Virus record (IMG/VR): IMGVR_UViG_3300021387_001614
Location: 82,937 to 146,936 of that record
Strand: one strand, 5' to 3'
Source: a virus
Lineage: Duplodnaviria > Caudoviricetes
Length of the DNA stretch: 64,000 bases
The notes beneath the pieces were generated by a model. It did not search any database and was not told where the DNA came from. It saw only the letters and a program-made list of their open reading frames with translations. Positions within the stretch are counted from its first letter, which is position 1. Every line of letters begins with the position of its first letter. The position numbers were made by a program, and so were the translations under genes. Of the stretch, positions 38,480 to 47,869 are shown in pieces.

Positions 38480-39637
38480 TTATCTAACCAAAAAGTTAAA
38501 CGGCATCGGTTTGTTTTGTAAAACCTTAATGAGACTGTCAGTGAGGTCTGCTTGGTTTTTCATTAAGTTCCATGGAAGCATCCTATCAAGACGTTCTTTC
38601 AACTCAGTTAAAACGCGGTCTTTTTCTTGTTTTCCTTGGTCGAGAAGCATGTTGTAGTCCATCTGCATCTCTGCTTCAGGAATTTTAACAGCACCGCTAT
38701 ATGTTCCTCGAATAATACCTAACGTTATCATCGCCTCAGCGACAAGCAACTGTCGTATTGTCTGCTGTGTGGGTTCATTCATGAGTTCATAACGCATCTT
38801 ATTCAGTGGAACTTGGTCGGGCGTTATTAAGACATCATCTTTATTATCAATAAGACATTGCGTGAGTTCATCGTCATTCTTACCCGTTATGTCGTAATAT
38901 GTATACCAAACGTAACAATTCGCATATCTGTTCCATCCCCACGTATCATCGGCAGCAATACCACCAACCATATTTGGCGAACCGGGAACGCTTAAAAGGT
39001 GAACCAAATGAGTACCCTCTGGTCCGGCTGTCACTTGATATGCTAAGTCACCCCTTAAAAGTGAATTTTTATATTTAAGGTCAGCTGCCATAAGGCTTGT
39101 ATCATATGCAGAACCAACATAAAATCCCGTTATGCCCATACCGTTTCCCATATTTCCATATTGTCCAAAACCACCACCGATACCCGTATCGAGTGTTCCA
39201 AGGTTACCGTATAATGCAGCCTTAGTTGTTGATGGTGTGACATAAAGTACTTTATTTATTTCACGCCCTGCTGGAATAATGTAAACTTGTTTTCCGCGTT
39301 CTACCTTAAAGAAATCCTTTTTCAACTCCCACGGACCCCTTTGTTGTAAACCCACCTCACGGCTAAACCAATAAGAGAAATCTCTACTCCAATCAAGTGA
39401 CCTTGTTGTGAGCGCATAAGCAAGTTCTGACGGGTTGGTTATTAGTTTATTGTTACCCATCATATTAAGCCATTGGGACTCAATCACCCAATTTTGAACA
39501 TACGATGCATAATCACCCACAGCAACTTCCAATAATGCACAGAGTTGGTCATCCTCTAACTGAACTACTCTAATTGGCGCACCAAGTTTGGTTCTTACTA
39601 TCTTAAATAAATCTTTTAATTCATCACTTAGTATCAT
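38480..39637 (-). CDS. Neck / head-tail adaptor protein (T4 gp13-like)
   Basis: VRTKLGAPIRVVQLEDDQL N-terminus; LG.IRG.YSG...IP.......LL..G..E...L...L C-terminus; TATTTATA at 39655-39662. Confidence 0.75.
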   Translation of the reverse strand: MILSDELKDLFKIVRTKLGAPIRVVQLEDDQLCALLEVAVGDYASYVQNWVIESQWLNMMGNNKLITNPSELAYALTTRSLDWSRDFSYWFSREVGLQQRGPWELKKDFFKVERGKQVYIIPAGREINKVLYVTPSTTKAALYGNLGTLDTGIGGGFGQYGNMGNGMGITGFYVGSAYDTSLMAADLKYKNSLLRGDLAYQVTAGPEGTHLVHLLSVPGSPNMVGGIAADDTWGWNRYANCYVWYTYYDITGKNDDELTQCLIDNKDDVLITPDQVPLNKMRYELMNEPTQQTIRQLLVAEAMITLGIIRGTYSGAVKIPEAEMQMDYNMLLDQGKQEKDRVLTELKERLDRMLPWNLMKNQADLTDSLIKVLQNKPMPFNFLVR

Positions 39638-39708
39638 ACCAAAAATACTTTTCTTATAAATATCGGAAATAGTAAATATATGTTGTTAAGTTTTTTTAAC
39701 AGAAAATA

Positions 39709-39740
39709 TTTGGTGTTTTAAAACTTTTTTTGTACCTTTG
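39709..39740 (+). promoter_or_regulatory. Bacteroidota sigma-A-type promoter
   Basis: TTTG 39709-39712, 20 nt spacer, TACCTTTG 39733-39740. Confidence 0.8.
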
Positions 39741-39778
39741 CCATTGAACTTAAAAAATATATTTTATCTAAAAAAATT

Positions 39779-40033
39779 ATGTGCGAATTTTATATGGAAG
39801 AACCTTCTTCATCTATTGACCGTGATGAAGTATTTGATGAACTCTCAGAGAGAATCACAAACAATTGGGATATAACCATCGAATGGGAAACCTATGAACA
39901 AAAAATATATGAAGCAATTGATAAAACAATTACCTCATATACGAAAGATGGCAATCTCTATATTGAAGATTGGGACATGTGGGACCAAGACCTTTATAAT
40001 AATGCGGTAGAAGCACTTGGATTATACGATTAG
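39779..40033 (+). CDS. Small acidic early protein
   Basis: 84 aa, own host-type promoter, monocistronic, opposite strand to both neighbours. Confidence 0.75.
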   Translation: MCEFYMEEPSSSIDRDEVFDELSERITNNWDITIEWETYEQKIYEAIDKTITSYTKDGNLYIEDWDMWDQDLYNNAVEALGLYD

Positions 40034-41847
40034 AAGCCAGATGCACTATAAGCATTAACTAGACACATGATGTTATTACTACTTTGTTCGGGTAATTTTT
40101 CCTCTAATGCATCTATCACAATTTTAAGAGTTGCCCCACTATTTATGTCCTCATCAAATATTAAGAATTTTGCGTTTCTATAACGTTTCAATAATTCTCC
40201 ATTATTCATGTAGTCATCGGCAACAATATATAAATTTGATAAAAATGGTCTGAATTGCTTCTTAAATGCCGTTATTTTGAACCGTTTGGTATTGAATCTC
40301 AATTTATAGCCTCTTTGTTTAAGCATATCAGAATATTGTTCTATTAATTCTTTTGTTTGCATCAATACTTGGTTAAACACTTTTTGCCCTATTTTTCTTT
40401 TAATTCTTAGAGACACTTCATTAAAAATGTGCGATGAATTATATCTTTTTTGATAAAGTTTATTCTGATTGGACAGGAAATTTTTACAAAGGTGCTCAGA
40501 AACAGAGTCGTTATCAAGACTATTAACAATTGTTTTATATGCATAAATCATCGTACAGTTAAAAACATCTTTCATACTTGTTTTTTCACGACTATGTTTC
40601 TGAAGTGATATGTTATTAAAAATTGTTTCATATTGTTTTAGAAAATTACGTATCGGCTCAGATACATAATATGCAATTTCGTTATAAGCGATATTCTTAG
40701 CTTGGCTCTCGAATTCCATAACGTCTTTTGGAGAAAAGCCTTTAGATAATAAATCTTCTCCATCAGCATATCTTACGTTTATAACATTTCTTTTAAAAAA
40801 GTCGCTAATATATGGAATGCCCAATTTATTACTTAAATTCGTACAATAATATTGGTTAAATTTAGATGATGAAGGGGCTGATACTATCACGTCTGGTGAG
40901 AACTTTTCTTGCCTTAATGCATATGCTGCATAATTAACTGATTTGTCGAGGAATTGAGAAACAGACGAATACCCCCCTTCTCCATTTAAGCCAAATTGTT
41001 GCTTATAATGTTTATCCCGTACATTATTTAAAGAGAAATTTTGAGCAATGTTAGGTTTTATATTACCGTCATATGTTACGTCAATCGTGGCTAAATTACC
41101 ATTAGCGTCAACACGTCTGTCTTTTTCACCTATGCCAAGTATTTGGTCTGTGTTTCCATTTTGACGAACAGTTCCATGTTTAATTGCATCACTAAAATTA
41201 AAATCGGTCATTGAGAATAACGATATGTATTTAACATTAGTAGAAGGTACAATACCGGTTAAATACCTTGCTACGTTGTCATTGTTATCCGATTGTGATA
41301 CACGATTATATGTCATAAATGTTTGTGTTGCCTCAGACGAAATACGATTCAATGTCTTCTTACATGCGTCTATAATTTTATTATCAGAGTCGCCCCTATC
41401 AAACCATTTCTTCACACTATTCAGTGTAATAGTGTCAAGACCCGGAACTTCTTCTATTGTGCCTTTACGCCCATTTTGAATATATTGTATTACATTCTGA
41501 TAAAACTGGATGGCTGCTTGCTTTGATTTATAATTCTGCTCTAATGATTTTGAATTTCCACTTTCGTTACCATTTTTAGTAAGTATTTTTCCTTTTAGAA
41601 TATCATCTTTAGTACCAAATACCCTAGTATCAACACTATTTTTACCTTTATTTGAGTTGTTATCTTTTTTCTGATTTATTGAAAAGTTAATACTACCGTT
41701 ATCGTTTTTAGACCAATCAACACCTTCATTGATTATATCTAACCAATCAATGATTGCTGTGTTATTGCCTTTATTAATGGTGTTTTCAGCATCTTCCTTA
41801 ATAATTGCAAGTCTTTTAAATTGTTCCTCTTTTAAATTAATTCTCAT
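40030..41847 (-). CDS. Leader-bearing protein with type I phosphoribosyltransferase domain
   Basis: VIVSAPSSSKFN and FLIFDEDINSGATL (PRPP-binding loop); leader MRINLKEEQFKRL. Confidence 0.7.
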   Translation of the reverse strand: MRINLKEEQFKRLAIIKEDAENTINKGNNTAIIDWLDIINEGVDWSKNDNGSINFSINQKKDNNSNKGKNSVDTRVFGTKDDILKGKILTKNGNESGNSKSLEQNYKSKQAAIQFYQNVIQYIQNGRKGTIEEVPGLDTITLNSVKKWFDRGDSDNKIIDACKKTLNRISSEATQTFMTYNRVSQSDNNDNVARYLTGIVPSTNVKYISLFSMTDFNFSDAIKHGTVRQNGNTDQILGIGEKDRRVDANGNLATIDVTYDGNIKPNIAQNFSLNNVRDKHYKQQFGLNGEGGYSSVSQFLDKSVNYAAYALRQEKFSPDVIVSAPSSSKFNQYYCTNLSNKLGIPYISDFFKRNVINVRYADGEDLLSKGFSPKDVMEFESQAKNIAYNEIAYYVSEPIRNFLKQYETIFNNISLQKHSREKTSMKDVFNCTMIYAYKTIVNSLDNDSVSEHLCKNFLSNQNKLYQKRYNSSHIFNEVSLRIKRKIGQKVFNQVLMQTKELIEQYSDMLKQRGYKLRFNTKRFKITAFKKQFRPFLSNLYIVADDYMNNGELLKRYRNAKFLIFDEDINSGATLKIVIDALEEKLPEQSSNNIMCLVNAYSASGF

Positions 41848-41856
41848 AACGCTTTT

Positions 41857-42159
41857 TTATCCTATTAAATGATATCCTTCTTTTTCAGCATAATCTTGTG
41901 CAATCCTCATTGCATCTTCATAAGTATTATATGGGCCGTCAACATATCCGGCAGATGAATTTTGTAAATCTTCCGCTTCATTTCTTTCTACAACGGTACA
42001 AATGGTATCCTCATAGCCAATGGTTTCAATTGCCACATAATAGCCATCAGGCAGTGGTTCATTATCCCATCCGTCGTAAATCTCTTCTTTTAAAACCCTT
42101 CTTATTGACTCTTTTACAATTCTATGCAAATCTGATTCTGTTAAGTTAATTTTTTTCAT
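41857..42159 (-). CDS. Small acidic leader-bearing protein
   Basis: MKKINLTESDLHRIVKESIRRVLKEE; TATTTATA at 42173-42180. Confidence 0.8.
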   Translation of the reverse strand: MKKINLTESDLHRIVKESIRRVLKEEIYDGWDNEPLPDGYYVAIETIGYEDTICTVVERNEAEDLQNSSAGYVDGPYNTYEDAMRIAQDYAEKEGYHLIG

Positions 42160-42213
42160 AAAAAACTTTTCTTATAAATATCTTTGATACAAAAAACAAA
42201 AATTTAACTTTTC

Positions 42214-42245
42214 TTTGCTTTTTCAAAAAAAAATCCGTATATTTG
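42214..42245 (+). promoter_or_regulatory. Bacteroidota sigma-A-type promoter for metK
   Basis: TTTG 42214-42217, 20 nt spacer, TATATTTG 42238-42245. Confidence 0.8.
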
Positions 42246-42261
42246 CATAAAAAAAGAAAAA

Positions 42262-43428
42262 ATGAAGAGAACTATTGCAAGTGAATATGTAAGTTTTGGT
42301 CATCCCGATAAAATAGCAGACCAAATAAGTGATGCGCTATTAGATGCGATACTGTTACAAGATTCAAACCCACGAACGGGTATTGAGGTTATGGTTAAAG
42401 ATAATGTTGTGGTACTTGGTGGTGAAATAAATACCACTGCACACATAGATTATGATAGCGTTGTAAGAAGGGTTTTTAAAAAATTTAATTTTTCTTCAGA
42501 ACATGGGCTTTCTCCCGAAAAGATTAAAATAATTAACCTCATTGGAAAACAATCACCCGAAATACACAATGGTGTAGATAAAAAGGGTGGTGAAATTGGC
42601 GCGGGTGACCAAGGCTTTGTTGTTGGCTTTGCCACAAATGAAACAGAAGAATTTCTTCCGCTTGGATATTATATTGCTAAAAAAATATGTACTTATGTAA
42701 GTAAAAAGATGGAAGGGGTTGGACCGGATGCAAAATCACAAGTCATTGTAACATATGATGAAAACGGTAATTCTACAATAGATTCAATACTTGTATCAAC
42801 AATGCATGGAGAAAGTGTAAGTCTTTCTTACATTAGAGAAAATGTTGCGGACGCAATTGTTTGTAACAAGGTTGGGTTTAGCGATGTTGTTTATAAAAAA
42901 ATAGTAGATGGGTTTTCAAAACGTTTAAATATCATGGTTAATCCCTGTGGCGAATGGAGAATGGGCGGTCCCGTTTCTGACTGTGGTTTAACCGGAAGAA
43001 AAATAGTTGTTGACCAATATGGTGGCTATTGCAATGTGGGTGGTGGCGCTTTTAGTGGAAAAGACATGACAAAGGTTGACCGTTCAGCCGCATATATGGC
43101 ACGATATCTCGCAAGAAACATTGTAGGTAGCGGCATTTGTAATAACGCCAAAATAGAGATTTCTTATACGATAGGCGTTCCTGAACCAAGTTCATTAAAT
43201 ATTGAAATGGATATAAATCATGAAAAGTCAGAAAAAATTAAAACTTTTATATTAGAAAATATAGACCTCACACCAAAGGGAATTATGGAACGATTTAGAC
43301 ACTCGATACCGCGTTATGAGCATCTTGCAGAATATGGACATTTTGGAAATGGCAAAAATGCAACATATTATCCATGGGAGGTAAATGATTTTTCCGAAAA
43401 ATTAAAGGTTTATCTTGAAAATACATGA
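42262..43428 (+). CDS. metK: S-adenosylmethionine synthetase
   Basis: SEYVS.GHPDKIADQISDA, GAGDQG, DAKSQV, GLTGRKIVVD.YGG, GGGAFSGKD.TKVDRSAAY. Confidence 0.97.
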   Translation: MKRTIASEYVSFGHPDKIADQISDALLDAILLQDSNPRTGIEVMVKDNVVVLGGEINTTAHIDYDSVVRRVFKKFNFSSEHGLSPEKIKIINLIGKQSPEIHNGVDKKGGEIGAGDQGFVVGFATNETEEFLPLGYYIAKKICTYVSKKMEGVGPDAKSQVIVTYDENGNSTIDSILVSTMHGESVSLSYIRENVADAIVCNKVGFSDVVYKKIVDGFSKRLNIMVNPCGEWRMGGPVSDCGLTGRKIVVDQYGGYCNVGGGAFSGKDMTKVDRSAAYMARYLARNIVGSGICNNAKIEISYTIGVPEPSSLNIEMDINHEKSEKIKTFILENIDLTPKGIMERFRHSIPRYEHLAEYGHFGNGKNATYYPWEVNDFSEKLKVYLENT

Positions 43429-44588
43429 GGCAAACAATAAGAAAACAGATTAGAAATGCAAATGAAGATATAATAAAGGAAAAGGATATTTTAACGCTTT
43501 TAATAGACGCTAACAATCTTCTTAAAATATCTCTCGTTGATAAACGAATGAATGGAAGGGGTGAAGAATATGGTGCGGTGTACCAGTTTCTTTATCAATT
43601 ACATAAGTTTCTTGGTGTGCGCGACTTTGACTATGTTTATTGCCTGTACGATGGTGATAAAAGCGGTCAGTTAAGGTATGATGTTTATAGCGATTATAAG
43701 GCGAACAGAGATAAACATTATGATAATGAACAGACAGAGTATGATAGAAAAATAAACGAATATTGTAAAAAAGTTATTGCATATCATAAAGGAAACAAAG
43801 CAGCAGTAAAACGCACGGAAACTGACGATGAAGTGTTTCAGAGACAACGTGCCATTTTGCAGGCAATACTTGAGGAGGTTTTTGTTAGACAAGTTATGTG
43901 TGACAAGGTTGAGGGTGATGACCTTATTGCTTATTACGTTAAAAATAAAAAACCAAACGAAAAAATAGTTATTGTATCCGGCGATAGAGACCTAACACAA
44001 TTAATATCAGATGACGTTACTATTTATATACCTTCATTAAAAAAATATGTAACCCCAAAAAATTCAGAAGAGTTGTTGGGTATTACACACGAAAACATTG
44101 TATTAAAGAAAATATTATGTGGCGACGCATCAGATAATATAAAGGGCATTAAAGGCTTAGGCGAGACCACATTGGTTAAACTTTTTCCCAAAATAAAAAG
44201 GGAAAAAATGACATTAGATGAGGTTATTATATCATCGAAAAAAATGTTAGAAGAGAGGCAAAAAGAGAAAAAGAAGCCACTTAAATCCCTTGAAAATATT
44301 GTTAATAGAATAACTGACGGAATACAAGGCGAGAATATATATGAGATAAATGAAAAAATTATAGATTTATCAAAACCAATGTTAACAGAAGATGCTGAGG
44401 ACATAATGAACTCATTAATGTATGCGCCAATAGACCCAGAAGGAAGAGACATGAAAAACGCATATACCATAATTCAAAGTCAAGATATGCAGGATTTGCT
44501 TAAAGAAAATTCATTTGGAAACTTGTTTGGCATATTCGAAGGGCTTATAAAAAGAGAAAAAATGAGGTTTGAAGCAAAAAAAAGTTAA
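43425..44588 (+). CDS. 5'-3' exonuclease / flap endonuclease (T4 RNase H, Pol I N-terminal-like)
   Basis: LLIDANN, YKANR, EGDDLIA, SGDRDL.QL, GDASDNIKGIKGLGE.T. Confidence 0.93.
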   Translation: MRQTIRKQIRNANEDIIKEKDILTLLIDANNLLKISLVDKRMNGRGEEYGAVYQFLYQLHKFLGVRDFDYVYCLYDGDKSGQLRYDVYSDYKANRDKHYDNEQTEYDRKINEYCKKVIAYHKGNKAAVKRTETDDEVFQRQRAILQAILEEVFVRQVMCDKVEGDDLIAYYVKNKKPNEKIVIVSGDRDLTQLISDDVTIYIPSLKKYVTPKNSEELLGITHENIVLKKILCGDASDNIKGIKGLGETTLVKLFPKIKREKMTLDEVIISSKKMLEERQKEKKKPLKSLENIVNRITDGIQGENIYEINEKIIDLSKPMLTEDAEDIMNSLMYAPIDPEGRDMKNAYTIIQSQDMQDLLKENSFGNLFGIFEGLIKREKMRFEAKKS

Positions 44589-44594
44589 AAATAA

Positions 44595-44626
44595 TTTGTT
44601 TTTTAACAATTTTTTAAGTATATTTG
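44595..44626 (+). promoter_or_regulatory. Bacteroidota sigma-A-type promoter
   Basis: TTTG 44595-44598, 20 nt spacer, TATATTTG 44619-44626. Confidence 0.8.
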
Positions 44627-44672
44627 CATCGAAATATTTTTTTATGTTAAACAATTTAATTTTTTTTAAAAA

Positions 44673-45422
44673 ATGAACGAAACAAAAGATTACAAAGAAG
44701 AGAGATTTGAGTTTGCGCTTTATGTAAATAACAATGTAATATGCAAGCGAAATTTTAAAATCAACAATTTTATTGAACACAGCATGGAAACTGCTGAGTT
44801 TAAGAACAGAATCGATTCGATAGTAGAAACAATTAAAAACGACCTGAAATCAAAGAGTAGGGTTTACACTTGGTATTATTTTAATCCTGAATTTCCCGAT
44901 GCCAACAAGGAGGCTACTGCTGAATTTACGTCACCCCTTATTAAACCATGGGAGTGTACCTTTAAGTTCGTGGTATCTGATAATAAAAGGGTTGTGATTT
45001 CGAAAATTTGGGATGGCGGCGTTTATCCAAAGGCAATACGAGATAAGGTTGACCTTGCAAACAAGACCGTAAAAATCACACTAAAAGACGGAAAAACCCT
45101 TAATTATGATAAGGAAACATATTTTAAAGAGAATGAGGGTAGGCTGTCACCTGAAATGGAAGTGATGCGTGCCATGATTATGGATAAACAAGACCTATTG
45201 TTGCAAATAACCAAAAAAATATGCGAAACTTGTTCACCAAGAGAAAATGGCTTCAAAAAGATAGGTGATTATACAATGGTTGAGACATTTAAGGACAGTA
45301 GCAACAAAGAAAATGTCAAGAGTTACAACCTTAGTTTGGCGACATATAATAAAAAGGTCGAAAATGCTTGGGCAAAAGCATTAGCAAAGAAAACAAAACA
45401 ATATTTTTCAACACTATATTAA
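44673..45422 (+). CDS. Hypothetical protein coupled to the replicative helicase
   Basis: 249 aa; TAATG overlap with the helicase start. Confidence 0.75.
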   Translation: MNETKDYKEERFEFALYVNNNVICKRNFKINNFIEHSMETAEFKNRIDSIVETIKNDLKSKSRVYTWYYFNPEFPDANKEATAEFTSPLIKPWECTFKFVVSDNKRVVISKIWDGGVYPKAIRDKVDLANKTVKITLKDGKTLNYDKETYFKENEGRLSPEMEVMRAMIMDKQDLLLQITKKICETCSPRENGFKKIGDYTMVETFKDSSNKENVKSYNLSLATYNKKVENAWAKALAKKTKQYFSTLY

Positions 45423-47635
45423 TGTTTAAAGAAACTGATAAAACAGACCTTGGTTTTCTCGGAGAAGAATTCCAATACAAGTTAATACATGAGCTTATGG
45501 ATGACAAGGAATTATTTATGGACTTGTCATCCATAATCAATCAAAACATGTTCACAGACCCGAATTTAAAGGTGTATGTGGGTCTGATGAAGGAGTATTA
45601 TAATAAACATGATGTTGTGCCGAGTTATGATATCATGCGAATACAACTACTCGATAAAGCACATAATGATATCGAGCGTGAGTATTATACGGCTATAGTA
45701 AAGAAACTAATAGAAACGCCATCAGATGGTAGTGATTACATTAAAGACCTTGCTACTAAGTTTTTTAGGCAACAAAATATAATTAGAACTGCTAATAAAA
45801 TTTTAGAGATAGCGGGAAACGGTAATATCGAAAAATATCAAGAATGCGTTGATTTGCTAAACGCAGCAATGACCACCGGAATACACGAAGAACTTGGTGT
45901 GGGCGTTTTTGATAACCTCGAAGAAACATTATCTGACGATTATCGTGTTGCAGTACCCACAGGCATTGATAAAATTGATGAAACCCTTGAGGGTGGACTT
46001 GGTAAGGGTGAATTAGGTGTAATTGTTGGTCCGTCATCTTTCGGTAAGTCGCAACCTCTATATTCTCGAATTTTGACACCAAACGGATATAAACGAATGG
46101 GTGAGATGAAAGTGGGTGACTATGTTGTTGGACCGGATGGAAAAAATTATGAAGTTAGCGGTGTATTTCCACAAGGTAAGCGTCCAATATATGAGGTAAC
46201 CTTTTCTAATGGAACATCATGTGAGTGTGATATAAAACACTTGTGGACCGTTAAAACAGAAGGGGAAGATGAATATAAAACGGTAACTCTTAACGACATA
46301 ATTATGGACGGTCTTTCTGACGGTAAAAAATTCTATCTCCCACCAATTAGCCCGCTATTAATGTCTGATAAAGAAGTGCCAATAGAGCCTTATTTAGTGG
46401 GGTGTGATGCCGCTAAAACTTGGGGTGGGATAATACCCACAGAGTATCTTTTTAACTCAATAGAGAAACGTTTTGCTTTATTAAATGGGTTAATGGATAC
46501 TTGTGGCGACGTCGATAGAAATGGTAAAGTGTGCTTCGTGGGAAACGACATTTCAATCGCTAAAAATGTGCAATTTCTTGTTCGCTCGTTAGGCGGCAGT
46601 GCCGAAATACAAGAAATAGAAGATAATAATTATTTAGTCACATTAAGCCTTCCAAAAAGTGATTTTCCGCTTTTCTCAAAAAAAGATAAAGAGAAAAAAG
46701 TTAAATATACTGATAATGATGCTATTTACATGGTTAGTGCGGAATATTTAGTGGAACAAGATGCACAGTGCATCATGGTGGATTCTAATGACCATCTTTA
46801 TATCACAGAAGATTTCATTGTAACACACAATACATCATTAACAACAGCAATGGCTTCATATGCGGCGACTTATAGGTGCGAACAGAATAATAATCAAGGC
46901 TATAAGGTACTCCAAATCGTCTTTGAGGACAGAATTAAACAAATTCAGAGAAAACACATTGGTAGAATAACCGGTGTCGAATCAAAAGACCTCTCTAAGT
47001 CAGAATATGTTGATTTAATTAGAGAACAGCTTAAAACGTATAAAGAAACAGAACTCTTACAAAACAACCTAAAAATTGTCAGATTCCCTTCAGGTGAAAA
47101 GACACCGGATGACATTAAGAGGTTTATTAAGAAACTTATTAATCACGGATTTAAACCTGACATGGTTATAATTGACTACTTTGAGACACTTAAGGTTGTT
47201 GGTGACGGTACAACAACAAATGAGTGGGAAAAAGAAGGTAAAACAATGCGAAAACTTGAATCAATGGCAGGTGACATGGATTTTGCGTTATGGGTTCCTG
47301 TGCAAGGTACAAAAGATTCTGTTAATGCAGAACTTGTGACAATGGATAAGGCGGGTGGTTCATTCAAAAAGATACAAATTGCGCACATCGTAATGTCTAT
47401 TGCAAGAACAAACGAAGACATTGAGGCAAATAAAGCCACCATTGCAATTCTTAAAAACAGAGCCGGAAAAGCAGGCAAAGTCTTTAATAACGTGGAGTTT
47501 AACAATGGAACTTGTAGAATAAGCACGAACAATGTCGATGAGATTGATAGTATGTTCGCATACGACAAAAAACAACGAAATGATGAAGTGAAATTGCAAC
47601 AATCCATCTTCAAAATGGCACAAATAAAAAAATAA
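45422..47635 (+). CDS. Replicative DnaB/gp41-like helicase containing an intein
   Basis: VPTGI..ID..L.GGL.KGELG..VGPSSFGK|intein|TS, IIDY, W.P.Q, ILKNR.G; start moved to ATG 45422. Confidence 0.93.
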   Translation: MFKETDKTDLGFLGEEFQYKLIHELMDDKELFMDLSSIINQNMFTDPNLKVYVGLMKEYYNKHDVVPSYDIMRIQLLDKAHNDIEREYYTAIVKKLIETPSDGSDYIKDLATKFFRQQNIIRTANKILEIAGNGNIEKYQECVDLLNAAMTTGIHEELGVGVFDNLEETLSDDYRVAVPTGIDKIDETLEGGLGKGELGVIVGPSSFGKSQPLYSRILTPNGYKRMGEMKVGDYVVGPDGKNYEVSGVFPQGKRPIYEVTFSNGTSCECDIKHLWTVKTEGEDEYKTVTLNDIIMDGLSDGKKFYLPPISPLLMSDKEVPIEPYLVGCDAAKTWGGIIPTEYLFNSIEKRFALLNGLMDTCGDVDRNGKVCFVGNDISIAKNVQFLVRSLGGSAEIQEIEDNNYLVTLSLPKSDFPLFSKKDKEKKVKYTDNDAIYMVSAEYLVEQDAQCIMVDSNDHLYITEDFIVTHNTSLTTAMASYAATYRCEQNNNQGYKVLQIVFEDRIKQIQRKHIGRITGVESKDLSKSEYVDLIREQLKTYKETELLQNNLKIVRFPSGEKTPDDIKRFIKKLINHGFKPDMVIIDYFETLKVVGDGTTTNEWEKEGKTMRKLESMAGDMDFALWVPVQGTKDSVNAELVTMDKAGGSFKKIQIAHIVMSIARTNEDIEANKATIAILKNRAGKAGKVFNNVEFNNGTCRISTNNVDEIDSMFAYDKKQRNDEVKLQQSIFKMAQIKK
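46049..46831 (+). mobile_element. Intein (261 aa) in helicase Walker A, class-3 signature, decayed LAGLIDADG endonuclease
   Basis: Starts SQPL after GK, ends IVTHN before T; block B HLW, block F AQCI; endonuclease remnants PYLVGCDA and LLNGLMDTCG. Confidence 0.93.
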
Positions 47636-47869
47636 AAAAAATTTTTTATCTGTATCACACTGACTGTCATTTACTTAAAAAAAAATGACAGTTTTTTGAT
47701 ACAATTTATCCGATTTTTAAATAAAAACAGCCGTATTTATTTTTACAATCGGGTTGTTGTTTGGCAATTTTTAGTGTTTTTAGCGAAAAACATTTTAAAA
47801 ATATAGGAGGCGCCAAATTAGTCATTCAGCACCCCCTAATAAAATAATAAGATAAAAAACTTTACTTTA

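Noticed and set aside
45368-45421. Track starts at 45368, 56118, 19976, 33536, 31923, 30482 and 24474
   Set aside because: Downstream ATGs fit stop/start coupling, promoter position or the shared leader better.
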